57,439 nt of DNA from a virus (Duplodnaviria; Caudoviricetes), in IMG/VR virus record IMGVR_UViG_3300046737_000215, positions 1-57,439 of that record; one strand, 5' to 3'. This document shows, one piece after another, positions 8,589 to 18,158 of the stretch. How positions within the stretch are numbered: the first letter of the stretch is position 1; every line of letters begins with the position of its first letter. Position numbers and translations under genes: made by a program. The notes beneath the pieces were generated by a model. It was not told the DNA's origin. It made no database searches and saw only the letters and a program-made list of their open reading frames with translations.

Positions 8589-10064
8589 TCAGAAGCCGTA
8601 CTGAAGGTAGTGGTGCTTGGCGACCTTGTCAGCGTCAAGGTTGCTGAGGAATGCCGAGTGGAGCGTGACGCGCTCGACGGTGCCCGCGAACCGATAGAAC
8701 TGATGACCCAGTTTCAGCGCCGTTGGAGCCGCCAGCGAAGGCGACACGGGATTGAAAAACGGCGCCGACGTCCACGTGCCGCCGTTGGTGCGGGTTTGTA
8801 GGGTTCCCGTTTGCATGCGGTACTGCACCACCAACTTCGTGTTGATGGGCACGGTACGCGGCGTGTTGCCGTTGTACAGCGCACCGCCGCCGACGTAGCA
8901 GTACGGCAGAAGGCTCCCCCCCGTAAAGCGCAACAACAACCCGGCATCCGTACCCAAGGTGGTCGTGAAGAGGTCCGCGTTTGCGGCGGTGTACCGGCAC
9001 GTAATCGTCAAAGTACCACCGAGGCCGTTGTGGAGACACGCCCAGTCAGCCAAGGAGCCGGAATATAGCATCTCGTCGTTGGAGCCGTCGAACGTGGCTG
9101 AAGGCAGGCTATTCCAGGTTGCATCCGACGCCGAGTACGTCGGGCGCGCGGTGCCGGTACCGACGAGCGACTTGGCCCGAATGGTGTCTGCGATAGCGTC
9201 GACCGCTCCCGACGTTTGCTGGATGGTAGCAGCGTCCAAGACCGTCCCAGAGACCGTCGATAGATCCGGCGTGACCATCGCTGGAATGGCGCCGAAGTTG
9301 CCCGCGAACTGCTGAGCCAGCACGGCTGCGGCAGGAGCGGCTTGGTGAACTAGGTAGTCTACTTGCGTGTTGTTGACGGCCCCATTCCCCCACGGTCCAG
9401 CCGGGTCAACCACGAACATAATGCGGTCGGCGGCTGCCCACGCGGCCTGTTGCGTCCGCACGGTGTTCCAGCTCGTCGAGTAGTTGACGTGCGGCGTGCC
9501 CGCGGGGAGCTGGGCGTACAAAATCGGGACGGAAGCGGCACCTGCGATAGCAGCCCGCCACGCGGTGAACGTGGTCGTCCAGTTCGTACCCCACGCCGGG
9601 CTGCCCAGCGAGCCGTCGTTGGCGCCGCCGTACAGCAGGAACCCGCCTAGATACGCTCCGGGCTGGGACAGAGCCAGCGCAGCCGCCGCGATGACCTTTT
9701 GATGCATCGACACGGGGTTTACGTCTGGTAGGTAGTGCGTTGAGTTTGTGCCCGACACGCCGCACTGCACCGAAAGGACTTTCTTGGTCGGGATCTGGCG
9801 CTGGCGGTACCAGGCGAACATCCCGTCCGGTCCCACGCCGCCAGGCCCCGGCTCGGCCAGCTCTGTGACCGAAGCCGCGAAGTCCCGGACCATGTACAAG
9901 GTGCCGTCGGCCGGAGGGAAGAACCCTGGCATTTCGGTGATCAGGCCCGAGCCTTGCATCTCTGAGTCGCCGACCGAGATCCACACCTCCATAGGAGTAG
10001 TCCCAGGGCTTGTACTTCGACGCGCGGGGGGGGCTCGGCGGATGTCACGGCGTAATAGGCGCAT
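8589..10064 (-). CDS. SGNH/SASA-like esterase plus ConA/LamG-like domain protein (receptor-binding candidate), paralog 2
   Basis: GDSEMQG, YGGANDG and DYLVH blocks, then ATFDGSND lectin-like domain; start uncertain (10064 or 9992). Confidence 0.7.
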   Translation of the reverse strand: MRLLRRDIRRAPPARRSTSPGTTPMEVWISVGDSEMQGSGLITEMPGFFPPADGTLYMVRDFAASVTELAEPGPGGVGPDGMFAWYRQRQIPTKKVLSVQCGVSGTNSTHYLPDVNPVSMHQKVIAAAALALSQPGAYLGGFLLYGGANDGSLGSPAWGTNWTTTFTAWRAAIAGAASVPILYAQLPAGTPHVNYSTSWNTVRTQQAAWAAADRIMFVVDPAGPWGNGAVNNTQVDYLVHQAAPAAAVLAQQFAGNFGAIPAMVTPDLSTVSGTVLDAATIQQTSGAVDAIADTIRAKSLVGTGTARPTYSASDATWNSLPSATFDGSNDEMLYSGSLADWACLHNGLGGTLTITCRYTAANADLFTTTLGTDAGLLLRFTGGSLLPYCYVGGGALYNGNTPRTVPINTKLVVQYRMQTGTLQTRTNGGTWTSAPFFNPVSPSLAAPTALKLGHQFYRFAGTVERVTLHSAFLSNLDADKVAKHHYLQYGF

Positions 10065-10106
10065 AGCCTATACTCGCCGACTAGAGGGCTACTCGGCCCT
10101 TCAACC

Positions 10107-11891
10107 TCAGAAGTAGGCGACGTGGTGGGACTGCGCGACTTGGTTGGCCTCGTAGTCCGTGAGGTACTTGGAGTGCAGCGTGGCCCGCATTATCGTTCCC
10201 GCGAAGCGGTAGAACTGGTACCCGAGACGAGGGGTGAAGGTCGGCGCTGCAACCGACGGCGAGCCCGAGTATGACGGTGCCGGCGTCCACGGCTGTCCGT
10301 CGAGGCGGATTTGCAGGGCGCCGGTTTGCATTCGGTACTGAACCGTGACGCGGGTGTTATTTGTAATCGCGCGCGGTGTGTTGCCGTTGTACGTCAACGA
10401 GGAGCCGCGATAACAATAGGCGAGGAGTTGCCCGCTCGACACGCGCAACAACAACCCCGCGTCTGCGCCCGCGGTCGAGCAAAACACGTCGGAGTTGGTG
10501 TTGGTGTAGCGCATCGTAATCGTCAAGGTGCCTCCAGACCCGTCGTGTAGACACGAGAAGTCCGCGGCGGCACCCGAGTATTGCAACTCGTCATCTGACG
10601 CGTCGAACGTGGCCGAGGGCAACCCGCCCCAAACCGCGTCCGAGGCGGAGTACGTCGGACGAGCGGTGCCGGTGTTGGCAAACGACTTGGTCAGCACCGT
10701 GTCAGCAATCGCGTCCACAGCACCGGCCGTCTGCTGGATGGTGGCAGCGTCCACAACAAGATCGGCGATGGCCGTCAAGTCTGGCGAGGTGAGTTCAGGA
10801 ACCGCACCGAAGTGTTCGGCGAACTGCAGGCCAACCGCGGCTGCCTGGGCGCCGGTACCGTGAACCAAGTAGTCCGGGTACGACGCGTCTATCGCATTGT
10901 TTATCCACGGCCCGACCGGAGACGCCGCGAACATGATCTGGTCGGCGGCTTGCCATGCGGCTTGCTGCGCGCGCACCGTCGCCCAAGACGTGGAGTAGTT
11001 CGTGTGCGGCGTGCCCGAGGGCAGCTGGGCGTACAAGATGGGCGCGGTCAGCGCCGCGCCGCCGATTGCAGTACGCAACCCAGCGAACGCCGTCGTCCAG
11101 TTCGTACCCCATGCCGGGGTAACCAGCGAGCCGTCGTTGGCTCCGCCATAGAGAAGGAAGCCGGCGAACACCGCATTTGGCTCCGCCATGGCCAACGCCG
11201 TCGCGGCGATAGTCCTCTGGTAAGCCGACACGGGGTTCACATCCGGCAAGAACTGCGTGGAGTTGCTGCCCGAAATCGCGCACTGCACGGAGATTACCTT
11301 GTTGGAGGCGCCGAGCTGTCGCTGGCGATACCAAGCAAACAGCCCGTCAGAGCCAACAGAGGACAACTCGTCCACGGTCCCGGAGAAGGCGCGCACCATG
11401 AACGTCCCACCGTCGTACGGCGGGTAGAAGTCCGGCGTTCCGTACCCCACAGCATTCACGTCCAGCCCGTACATCTCGGAGTCGCCCAGCGAGACCCACA
11501 CCTCCGTCGTGTTGACGGGAGCGGGCTCCACGCCATCGTCCACATACACCACAGCGTCAGGGGGAAAGCCGCCCGCCCTCACGAGGGAGTACGTACCGTC
11601 TACGAGGGTCGAACCCTCTAGGTAGTAATACGTGAACTCGCCGTCTCGAAAGGCGGTCTCGGTGTACGTACCGAACGAAACGGAGATGACGTCTCCTTCC
11701 TCGGCGAAGCCCGTCATAGGCTCTTCCGAGTAGCCGAGGTCGTCGGAGCTCGTGAGGAGTCCGCCCGCACGGAGGTTCCGGGCGATGTAGTCCGTGAGCT
11801 CGACTTCAAGGCCGACCTCTAAGGTAGGGTCGGAGGCGGTCGGCACACCTACGGTCAAGGGCGGGTTGGGGTAGACGAATATGGTCGCCAT
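10107..11891 (-). CDS. SGNH/SASA-like esterase plus ConA/LamG-like domain protein, paralog 1 with an extra N-terminal segment
   Basis: GDSEMYG, YGGANDG, DYLVH; long colinear identity with 8589..10064. Confidence 0.7.
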   Translation of the reverse strand: MATIFVYPNPPLTVGVPTASDPTLEVGLEVELTDYIARNLRAGGLLTSSDDLGYSEEPMTGFAEEGDVISVSFGTYTETAFRDGEFTYYYLEGSTLVDGTYSLVRAGGFPPDAVVYVDDGVEPAPVNTTEVWVSLGDSEMYGLDVNAVGYGTPDFYPPYDGGTFMVRAFSGTVDELSSVGSDGLFAWYRQRQLGASNKVISVQCAISGSNSTQFLPDVNPVSAYQRTIAATALAMAEPNAVFAGFLLYGGANDGSLVTPAWGTNWTTAFAGLRTAIGGAALTAPILYAQLPSGTPHTNYSTSWATVRAQQAAWQAADQIMFAASPVGPWINNAIDASYPDYLVHGTGAQAAAVGLQFAEHFGAVPELTSPDLTAIADLVVDAATIQQTAGAVDAIADTVLTKSFANTGTARPTYSASDAVWGGLPSATFDASDDELQYSGAAADFSCLHDGSGGTLTITMRYTNTNSDVFCSTAGADAGLLLRVSSGQLLAYCYRGSSLTYNGNTPRAITNNTRVTVQYRMQTGALQIRLDGQPWTPAPSYSGSPSVAAPTFTPRLGYQFYRFAGTIMRATLHSKYLTDYEANQVAQSHHVAYF

Positions 11892-11895
11892 GGCG

Positions 11896-12300
11896 TTACG
11901 CCGGCACTTCGGAAACGAAGATCTCCAAGAAACAGCTCGCCTCGGTCGCGGACCCGATGAAGTTCAAAAAGGTCACGTCTTGCTCGATGAGCGCGTCTTC
12001 CGAGGAGTTCGGGAAGATGGTGCCGCCCGCTGACGCGTGGCCGGTCCCGAGCGCGGAGAGCTGGTTCAGCACGATCGTCTGGCCGGCTGCCGCCTTCGAC
12101 ACGCCGTATTGGACGGAAGTCGTCCCGGCGGGGCTAACGAGCTTCAGCTTCAAAAACCGCGCCCGGAGGGACAGCGGCACCGCGATGGACTGGCTAGCGT
12201 TCGTGACCGCGATGCGGTAAACACCGTTGATGCCCGTGGGGTTCAGCGCGGCGCGGGGGTGCGCAACGCGACATGCTTTTTCTACGCTCTTGCCGCTCAT
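11896..12300 (-). CDS. Putative small virion protein
   Basis: Beta-rich 134 aa upstream of the tail esterases, under a GGCC-class promoter. Confidence 0.55.
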   Translation of the reverse strand: MSGKSVEKACRVAHPRAALNPTGINGVYRIAVTNASQSIAVPLSLRARFLKLKLVSPAGTTSVQYGVSKAAAGQTIVLNQLSALGTGHASAGGTIFPNSSEDALIEQDVTFLNFIGSATEASCFLEIFVSEVPA

Positions 12301-12306
12301 CCAGAA

Positions 12307-12335
12307 AGCTTATCGCGACGGGTAGGGCGGCGGCC
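12307..12335 (-). promoter_or_regulatory. GGCC-class late promoter (leaderless)
   Basis: GGCCGC-17-TAAGCT-6nt-ATG. Confidence 0.7.
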
Positions 12336-12351
12336 TCGGCGAAAATAATCC

Positions 12352-12450
12352 TTGACGACGAGCCGGGTAGGCGCTAGGTTAGCTCATCTGGTCGTGATGG
12401 GCCGGGTCAATCGCCCCGGTCGGCAATGGTGCTGACCGGGGTTTTCTATT
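12352..12450 (+). ncRNA. Candidate ~60-nt small RNA with its own promoter and terminator
   Basis: TTGACG-17-TAGGTT (12352-12380), then a 12-bp hairpin at 12414-12441 and TTTTCTATTT. Confidence 0.5.
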
Positions 12451-13921
12451 TCCGGCCGCCCTTCCGCCACTGGGCTTTCGCCGCGGCGATTTCGTCCGCT
12501 TCGCGGTCGGCATCGGTCTTGACCACGGCGGGCTTGGCGAGGAAGGCGCGGTGTTCGCGCCACGCATACAGCGTCGCGTCCGAGCAGTGGTTCGGATACG
12601 CAGGGTGGGCCTTGGTCTTGGCTTCGTCCGCCCACGGGAGCGCGTTCCACTCCTCCACTACCGGCGCAGCGGAAGGCACGAAGGCTTTGACCCGCCCCAA
12701 CCGTAGATCCGAGTTGAACATGCCGATGGCCTCGGACCGGTTCATCTTCTTAGCCGGAATGGCGGCCCCGCCGGCCATCTTGCCATAGCGCTGCTGGAAC
12801 TCGGCGAATACGAGCTTGCCCTGGCCGCCGACGTCGATAACCGTCCTAGAGGCACGGTACTTGTCGCGGAACTCCTTGAGCTTGAGCGCCTGCTCGTCGG
12901 CTCGGAGACCGGCCTGAGTGAAGGCGTCCAGTACGTAGACGTCGGTCGAGCCCGGCGGCGAACCCAGCGCCACCACGGCGCAAGCGTCAGTAAACCCGAC
13001 GTCGAGGGCGCACGTGACCAACCACGACTCCCTAATCCACTGGTCGAGCGGGATGTTGGCCGGGGCGTCCGGGAGGTCCCGAGCGGTGTTGCGTGTGTTG
13101 TTGGCGGCGTATACCAGCACGGATTCGTCCTGAACCCACTCGCCCAGGTACTCGCGCCGGTAGGAGGGGTCCTCTTCCGAGATGTTCTCTTCCTCTCGGA
13201 TTTTGCGCAGGATGTCCTCGATACTCTTGCACTTCCGGTTGTTCGCCAGCAACAACGGGTTGTCCTTCAAGGTCCACCCGAAGCACTTCCAGCCGGGCTT
13301 CAGTCCCGAGGACACGGAATACCAGTACCCGCGCCGCGAGTAGCCCGGCGTTCCCGCCAAGACGATGCGCCCACCGACGTCGATGCAACCCGGCGAAATG
13401 CAATCCACGACGAGGCGTTCTAGAAGCATCTCGTAGGTCGCGCTCTCGTCGCACACAGCCAGCCGCCACTTCGACCCCCGGACCTTCTCGGCGGCGTTCT
13501 GGTCGTCCACGCCGAGCAGGATGAAGCATGCCCCATCCGGAGTAGTTATCTGACCGATATGGGCGGACATTGTCCAACCAAGGCCGTACTCGTGGTTGAT
13601 CTTGTCCAGAATGGGCCAGATGATCTGGCGAGCGCGGGCTAGCGTCCGGGCCGCAAATAGCGAAGTCTCGTTATGTCCCGACTCCAGGAGCGAGATGGCG
13701 AGCATGCGCCCGGCCAGCTCCGTCTTGCCTGCGCGCCGCGAGCAGCACACCGCGATGCGGTCAGACTCGCAATCCAGCACGTCCAACTGGAGCTGGAACA
13801 AGTCCGCACGCAATTGCCGGATGACGTCCGCCTTGAACTCGGGGGTCTCCCGGCGCGTGGCCAACTCTTCTTGTGCCCTACGGGCTAGCTCGCGCTTAGC
13901 GTCAAGTGCCGTAAAGGCCAT
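12446..13921 (-). CDS. terL: Terminase large subunit
   Basis: Walker A SRRAGKT, Walker B AVCDES, coupling motif GTP, YRREYLGEW, nuclease ALDVG and NHCSDATLY. Confidence 0.93.
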   Translation of the reverse strand: MAFTALDAKRELARRAQEELATRRETPEFKADVIRQLRADLFQLQLDVLDCESDRIAVCCSRRAGKTELAGRMLAISLLESGHNETSLFAARTLARARQIIWPILDKINHEYGLGWTMSAHIGQITTPDGACFILLGVDDQNAAEKVRGSKWRLAVCDESATYEMLLERLVVDCISPGCIDVGGRIVLAGTPGYSRRGYWYSVSSGLKPGWKCFGWTLKDNPLLLANNRKCKSIEDILRKIREEENISEEDPSYRREYLGEWVQDESVLVYAANNTRNTARDLPDAPANIPLDQWIRESWLVTCALDVGFTDACAVVALGSPPGSTDVYVLDAFTQAGLRADEQALKLKEFRDKYRASRTVIDVGGQGKLVFAEFQQRYGKMAGGAAIPAKKMNRSEAIGMFNSDLRLGRVKAFVPSAAPVVEEWNALPWADEAKTKAHPAYPNHCSDATLYAWREHRAFLAKPAVVKTDADREADEIAAAKAQWRKGGRK

Positions 13922-13926
13922 GCAGA

Positions 13927-13955
13927 ATAATAACCTTGACGTTCACCGTACGGCC
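13927..13955 (-). promoter_or_regulatory. GGCC-class late promoter (leaderless)
   Basis: GGCCGT-17-TATTAT-5nt-ATG. Confidence 0.7.
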
Positions 13956-13956
13956 G

Positions 13957-16900
13957 CTACCTCGCCATAATCGAGTCGGAGCGGGCCATGAGCGCATCCG
14001 GGTTACCGTCGAACTGGATAGGCGCCCTGGCGGTGACGCCGTCCGATCCGTTGGCGCCTTGCCCTTCCGGCGCCCCGGCGTCCTCCGCCCCCTGAGTCGC
14101 CGCCTGGGCGCGCTTCTGGCTATCCGCCAGCCGCATAAGCGCCGGGGTCAGCGGCTGTCCCGTAACTCTGCTGAGGTACATCCTCAACGAGTTGGACTTG
14201 ACACGCTGCGGGTTCTTCTGCACCTCGGCCATGATAGTGTCGGTCAGCTGCTTGTACTGTTGCGGGTACAAAGTTCGGCACATATCGAGGTCTTCCGCCG
14301 TAGCGGCACCTGTCACGATTCGCTCGAAAGTCTTTCGGGGTCCGTTGACGGCCAGAATCGTGCGGTCCAGCGACGTCGCGGCGGCTGACGTCAACCGCGG
14401 CGGCGGCGAGAAGACTGCCGATGAGGGGGGCTTCGGGAGTTTGTTGACTAGATACTGCGCGGTCTCGAGGCGGTGCTGAAGCGCCGCGTCGCCCAGCCCG
14501 GGCGACAGAACGTTCATCTTCTCGGCCTCGATGGCCGCCTCGACGAACTCAGGCGAGCGCTGGTCGAGGATCGCGTTCGACCGAGCGATGGTCTCGGCCC
14601 GAGAGTTGCCCGGCTTCGAGAGCTCTCGCTCCCGAGCCGCCGAGCCTGCCTGCTTCGCGAGGAGCCTAGCGCCGCCCTTGGCTACGGGGGCGATCGCTTT
14701 GCCCGTGCCTGACAGCAGCCCCGAGACGCCCTTGGCGATGGTCTGGGCGACGTCGCCCTTATACTGCCCGAGGGTGTTCAGCAACCAACGCGCCGAGATG
14801 AACGGCACGCCCGCCGCCGCCAGTATCGGGTTGCCGGTGGCCAGACCCACGCCAGAGGCCGCCGCGCCGACCGTGGCGAGCAGCGCCCCGTTCTGGATGC
14901 GCTGCCTGCCTTGGGCAGCCAGGCGGCTTTCCAGCGCGGCGTGGTCCATCGCGTCTTCGAGATGTGTTTGGATCTTCGCCATCTTCGCCGGGATGTGCGC
15001 CGTGGACTCGTCGCCCCAAGCGGCCTGCCGGTTGGTGTAGTCGAGGGTGTCCGCTCGAAGTGCGTTGCGGGTGCCGACCTCGGTGGTCTCCCCTTCGAAC
15101 TTGCCGATGTTGTTCAAGAAGCCCGCGATGGGTCCAGAGTTGCCGGTCTGGCGCTCGCCGAAGCCGCCGCGACCTGCCACACCGGAGTTGGTGTGCAACG
15201 ACCGGTAGCCCGAGTTCTTGCCGGCGTGGATGGCATCCGACCAACTCCTATTCGCCAGCACGTTGCGGCCCGCGATGTCGTCGCCCCAAACCTGCGCGTT
15301 CTCCAGGAAGCCTTGCGGGGCCCGGTAGAGGTTCATCGCGAAGTCTTGGACTTCCGAGCTCTTCGCCCCGTTGACGAGGTCGCCCACGGCGCCCTTCAAG
15401 CCTTGGTCTATCAAGTTGTGTGCCGTGCCGTAGTCGCCGGCTCGGTACGCGTCGATGACGGCCGTGCGGTGCGCGGCTACGCGCTTCATGAAGTTCTCGA
15501 CGACGTCCCGGTCAGGGCCGGCCACGGTCGGGAGGAACTCGCGCGCGGCAGCGGACATACCCGAGAATAGGTCGCGGGAGTCGGCCTCTAGGCGAGTCAT
15601 CGGGCGGGCGGCGGGCAGGCTGGCCGCTTCTTTGGCGAGGGCGTCGGCGGCTGCTCGTCGCGAGCCGACGTCGCCGCTTACGCGGTCGAACTCCTTGGTG
15701 GCTTTCTTCAAATCCTCACGGGCGGCTTGGAAAGCCTCCTTGTAGAGGCGCATCTCCGACTTCGGGAGCTTCTTCGGCTTGCCGGCAGCCGCCGGGGCGG
15801 CCTTCTCGAACGACTCCGTAAGCGGACGGTTCAGTACGTACCGATTGACGGTCGGGTCGAGCTCTGCGCGCCCGGCGGCTACTTGCTTCTTCCACCAGCC
15901 CGCCGACTCGGGGGTCTGCTTATCGAGCGAGTCCGACGCGAGCTTGAGGCCCTTGCTGCGCGCGAACTCATCCGCCTTTGCGTAGAGCTTGGACCCGATG
16001 CCCTGGCGGCCCTTGGACGGCGGGACTTGGATGTGCGCCACCGAGGCATAGCCCGGTAGCTCGTTCGAGTTGACCTGGATTCGGCTGTCGCCAAGGTCGA
16101 AGGTGTCCGCCCGGAAGTCGGGCATATCCCTAGAGAACTTCGCGTTGGGTACGATCTCGCCGAGGTCCGCCGCGTTGACGGCTGGCGCCACGACGGTCGG
16201 TGCGATACGGCCCGCTTCCGCGTTGTCGAGCGCCTTACGGGCGGCTGCCTCGGCGTCTACAGCGGCTTGGCGACGAGCGGTCGCGTCAGCTACGGCCGAG
16301 TCGTACTGGGCGAGTTCTTGCGCGGCTAGGCCGGCTCGGTCCTGGGCGACTTGCTGACGAACGAGGTCGTCCGGGTCGACTCCGGCGATGTTGTCGGCGA
16401 AGCCTTGCTGGAGAGCGACCTCGTTGACGCGGCGCTTCTGGGCGATGCCGAGGGCGTCGTGGGCTTCGATGGCGAGAGCTTCCTTCTCGTCGATGCCGCG
16501 CACCAACGCCCGGCCAACCTCGGCCTTGACGTTGTCTTCGGAGCCCATCGCGCGCGTCTCGGCGAGCCGGGTGCCTGCCCAAGTCCGCTTCTCGTCTGGG
16601 AGCTTAGCCGAGAAGAGCTCGCGGGTCGCGTTCGCTTCGACGGCTTGCTCGGGCAGGATGTCCCGAACGGCCGGAACGAGGGGCTTCGGCGCCACGGCCG
16701 CATCGAGCGCCGGGCGAAGTGCGTTGCCGGTGGCCCGGATAGCGCCCTCGGCGAGCCCGAGCCCGCCACCCAGCACCGCGCCCACGCCGCCGCTTACGGC
16801 CGTGCCGAACGCGATGTTCTTGGCGGCTTCGATCGGGTCCTTCAGCGCGGTGTCAACGTTGTCCGTGGCCGCCGAGAGGGCGCCCTGCCCGAGGTTCTCT

Positions 16901-17574
16901 ACGAGAGCCCCGGTGGCGCGCGCGGCGGCGGTCTTAGCGATAGACGCCTTGACGGCCTCCTCGCCTAGCATCTTGGTGGCGACCTTTGCGCCGTACTTCT
17001 CGAAGAGCGCGACCGGCGAGAGGGCTAGCGCTTTGGCGCCGAGCCCGGCGGCCGTACCCGCTCCGAGTGTCGCGATCGTGCCGATGCCCTGCCCGATGAT
17101 GTCGCCGGCTACGCCGAGCTTCTCCTGCCGGTCGCGCCGGTCGGCCTCAGCCGCCGCGAAGTCCTGGCCGAAGGTGGCCTCGGGGGCAAGCGGGGCGTCG
17201 AGCCCAGGGGCTGCCGCCACCCCCAGGTCGCCGCCCGCGGGGGCCAGTTGCCGGACGCCTGCCGACGCAACCGAGCCCGCCAACCCGCCGATGCCCCCTA
17301 GGGCGCCGCGGTCAACTGCTTCGCCAAACGCCAGCCCGCGCTCTGCCACGCCCGCCAAGCCGCCCGCGAACGTCGGGTTGAACTCGCCGCCCTCGGCGAA
17401 CCGGGTGTCCTCGTAGCCCTGGCCGAGGTAGTCTATGTGCTCGGACTCCGGGACTTCTACGGTCTGGCCGTCCTTGACCATCTTCACGGTCGGCTCGGCG
17501 GCCGGCGGGGGCGCCGAAGCGGCTCGGCGGTCAGAAACGGACTTCAGTACGGCGAGCTCTTCGGGTGTCGGCAT
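13957..17574 (-). CDS. Large internal virion/ejection protein with an embedded GNAT-like domain
   Basis: 1205 aa, Ala/Gly-rich helical with hydrophobic Gly-rich segments; internal HIQVPPSKGRQGIGSKLY. Confidence 0.7.
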   Translation of the reverse strand: MPTPEELAVLKSVSDRRAASAPPPAAEPTVKMVKDGQTVEVPESEHIDYLGQGYEDTRFAEGGEFNPTFAGGLAGVAERGLAFGEAVDRGALGGIGGLAGSVASAGVRQLAPAGGDLGVAAAPGLDAPLAPEATFGQDFAAAEADRRDRQEKLGVAGDIIGQGIGTIATLGAGTAAGLGAKALALSPVALFEKYGAKVATKMLGEEAVKASIAKTAAARATGALVENLGQGALSAATDNVDTALKDPIEAAKNIAFGTAVSGGVGAVLGGGLGLAEGAIRATGNALRPALDAAVAPKPLVPAVRDILPEQAVEANATRELFSAKLPDEKRTWAGTRLAETRAMGSEDNVKAEVGRALVRGIDEKEALAIEAHDALGIAQKRRVNEVALQQGFADNIAGVDPDDLVRQQVAQDRAGLAAQELAQYDSAVADATARRQAAVDAEAAARKALDNAEAGRIAPTVVAPAVNAADLGEIVPNAKFSRDMPDFRADTFDLGDSRIQVNSNELPGYASVAHIQVPPSKGRQGIGSKLYAKADEFARSKGLKLASDSLDKQTPESAGWWKKQVAAGRAELDPTVNRYVLNRPLTESFEKAAPAAAGKPKKLPKSEMRLYKEAFQAAREDLKKATKEFDRVSGDVGSRRAAADALAKEAASLPAARPMTRLEADSRDLFSGMSAAAREFLPTVAGPDRDVVENFMKRVAAHRTAVIDAYRAGDYGTAHNLIDQGLKGAVGDLVNGAKSSEVQDFAMNLYRAPQGFLENAQVWGDDIAGRNVLANRSWSDAIHAGKNSGYRSLHTNSGVAGRGGFGERQTGNSGPIAGFLNNIGKFEGETTEVGTRNALRADTLDYTNRQAAWGDESTAHIPAKMAKIQTHLEDAMDHAALESRLAAQGRQRIQNGALLATVGAAASGVGLATGNPILAAAGVPFISARWLLNTLGQYKGDVAQTIAKGVSGLLSGTGKAIAPVAKGGARLLAKQAGSAARERELSKPGNSRAETIARSNAILDQRSPEFVEAAIEAEKMNVLSPGLGDAALQHRLETAQYLVNKLPKPPSSAVFSPPPRLTSAAATSLDRTILAVNGPRKTFERIVTGAATAEDLDMCRTLYPQQYKQLTDTIMAEVQKNPQRVKSNSLRMYLSRVTGQPLTPALMRLADSQKRAQAATQGAEDAGAPEGQGANGSDGVTARAPIQFDGNPDALMARSDSIMAR

Positions 17575-17613
17575 GTGCTTATATTACTCTACCAGCTCCA
17601 GCTTCGACCCCGT
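17562..17613. repeat. 52-bp direct repeat, copy 1
   Basis: Identical to 18107-18158. Confidence 0.97.
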
Positions 17614-17665
17614 AGAGTGCATTTTATAGTGGATCGTTGGTGTCAAGTTGCGCGAGGATTGCCGG

Positions 17666-18070
17666 ATGACCAAGACCAAAGACGCTTCGAGTGACCAGAA
17701 CGGCGCTGAATGGGACGACGGCGACAGCTGGCACGACCTCAACGCGAAGCCCGCAGAAGACCAAGTAGCCGCCCTCGAAGCCGAACTGGCCGCCACCTAC
17801 GCCAAGCTGGCGCGCACCGCCGACCTGCTCCAAGCCGAGCGCGACAAAGTAGCCGAGCTCGAAACAGCCAACGACAACGCCCCACTGCGGGAGCTGTTGG
17901 CCCAGTGGGACTCGTCGTCTGACGAGATGCGCCTGGACTGGGCGGCCGACCAGGTACGCGCAGCGCTCGCCAAGGAGCTGTGGTCGGTCTACGGGCAGCT
18001 GGCCCAGCAGCGCGACGCCCCGGCGTACGAGGAGGGTCGCGCGACGTTGGAGGAGTGGGAGCGCCGATGA
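17666..18070 (+). CDS. Inserted (moron-like) acidic coiled-coil protein, antisense to the virion operon
   Basis: 134 aa, GAGG SD, GC3-rich codons, lies between the 52-bp repeats. Confidence 0.75.
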   Translation: MTKTKDASSDQNGAEWDDGDSWHDLNAKPAEDQVAALEAELAATYAKLARTADLLQAERDKVAELETANDNAPLRELLAQWDSSSDEMRLDWAADQVRAALAKELWSVYGQLAQQRDAPAYEEGRATLEEWERR

Positions 18071-18106
18071 GCCCACGCGACCGTTTCGGACGGCGCCTCG
18101 GCGAAC

Positions 18107-18158
18107 CGGGTGTCGGCATGTGCTTATATTACTCTACCAGCTCCAGCTTCGACCCCGT
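18107..18158. repeat. 52-bp direct repeat, copy 2
   Basis: Identical to 17562-17613. Confidence 0.97.

Noticed and set aside
8589-11891. Diversity-generating retroelement TR/VR pair
   Set aside because: No reverse transcriptase; differences between the paralogs are spread across the genes and are not adenine-specific
17739-18119. Minus-strand 126-aa ORF starting at the duplicated MPTP
   Set aside because: Arg/Pro-rich shadow-frame composition; the plus-strand ORF has the typical codon bias
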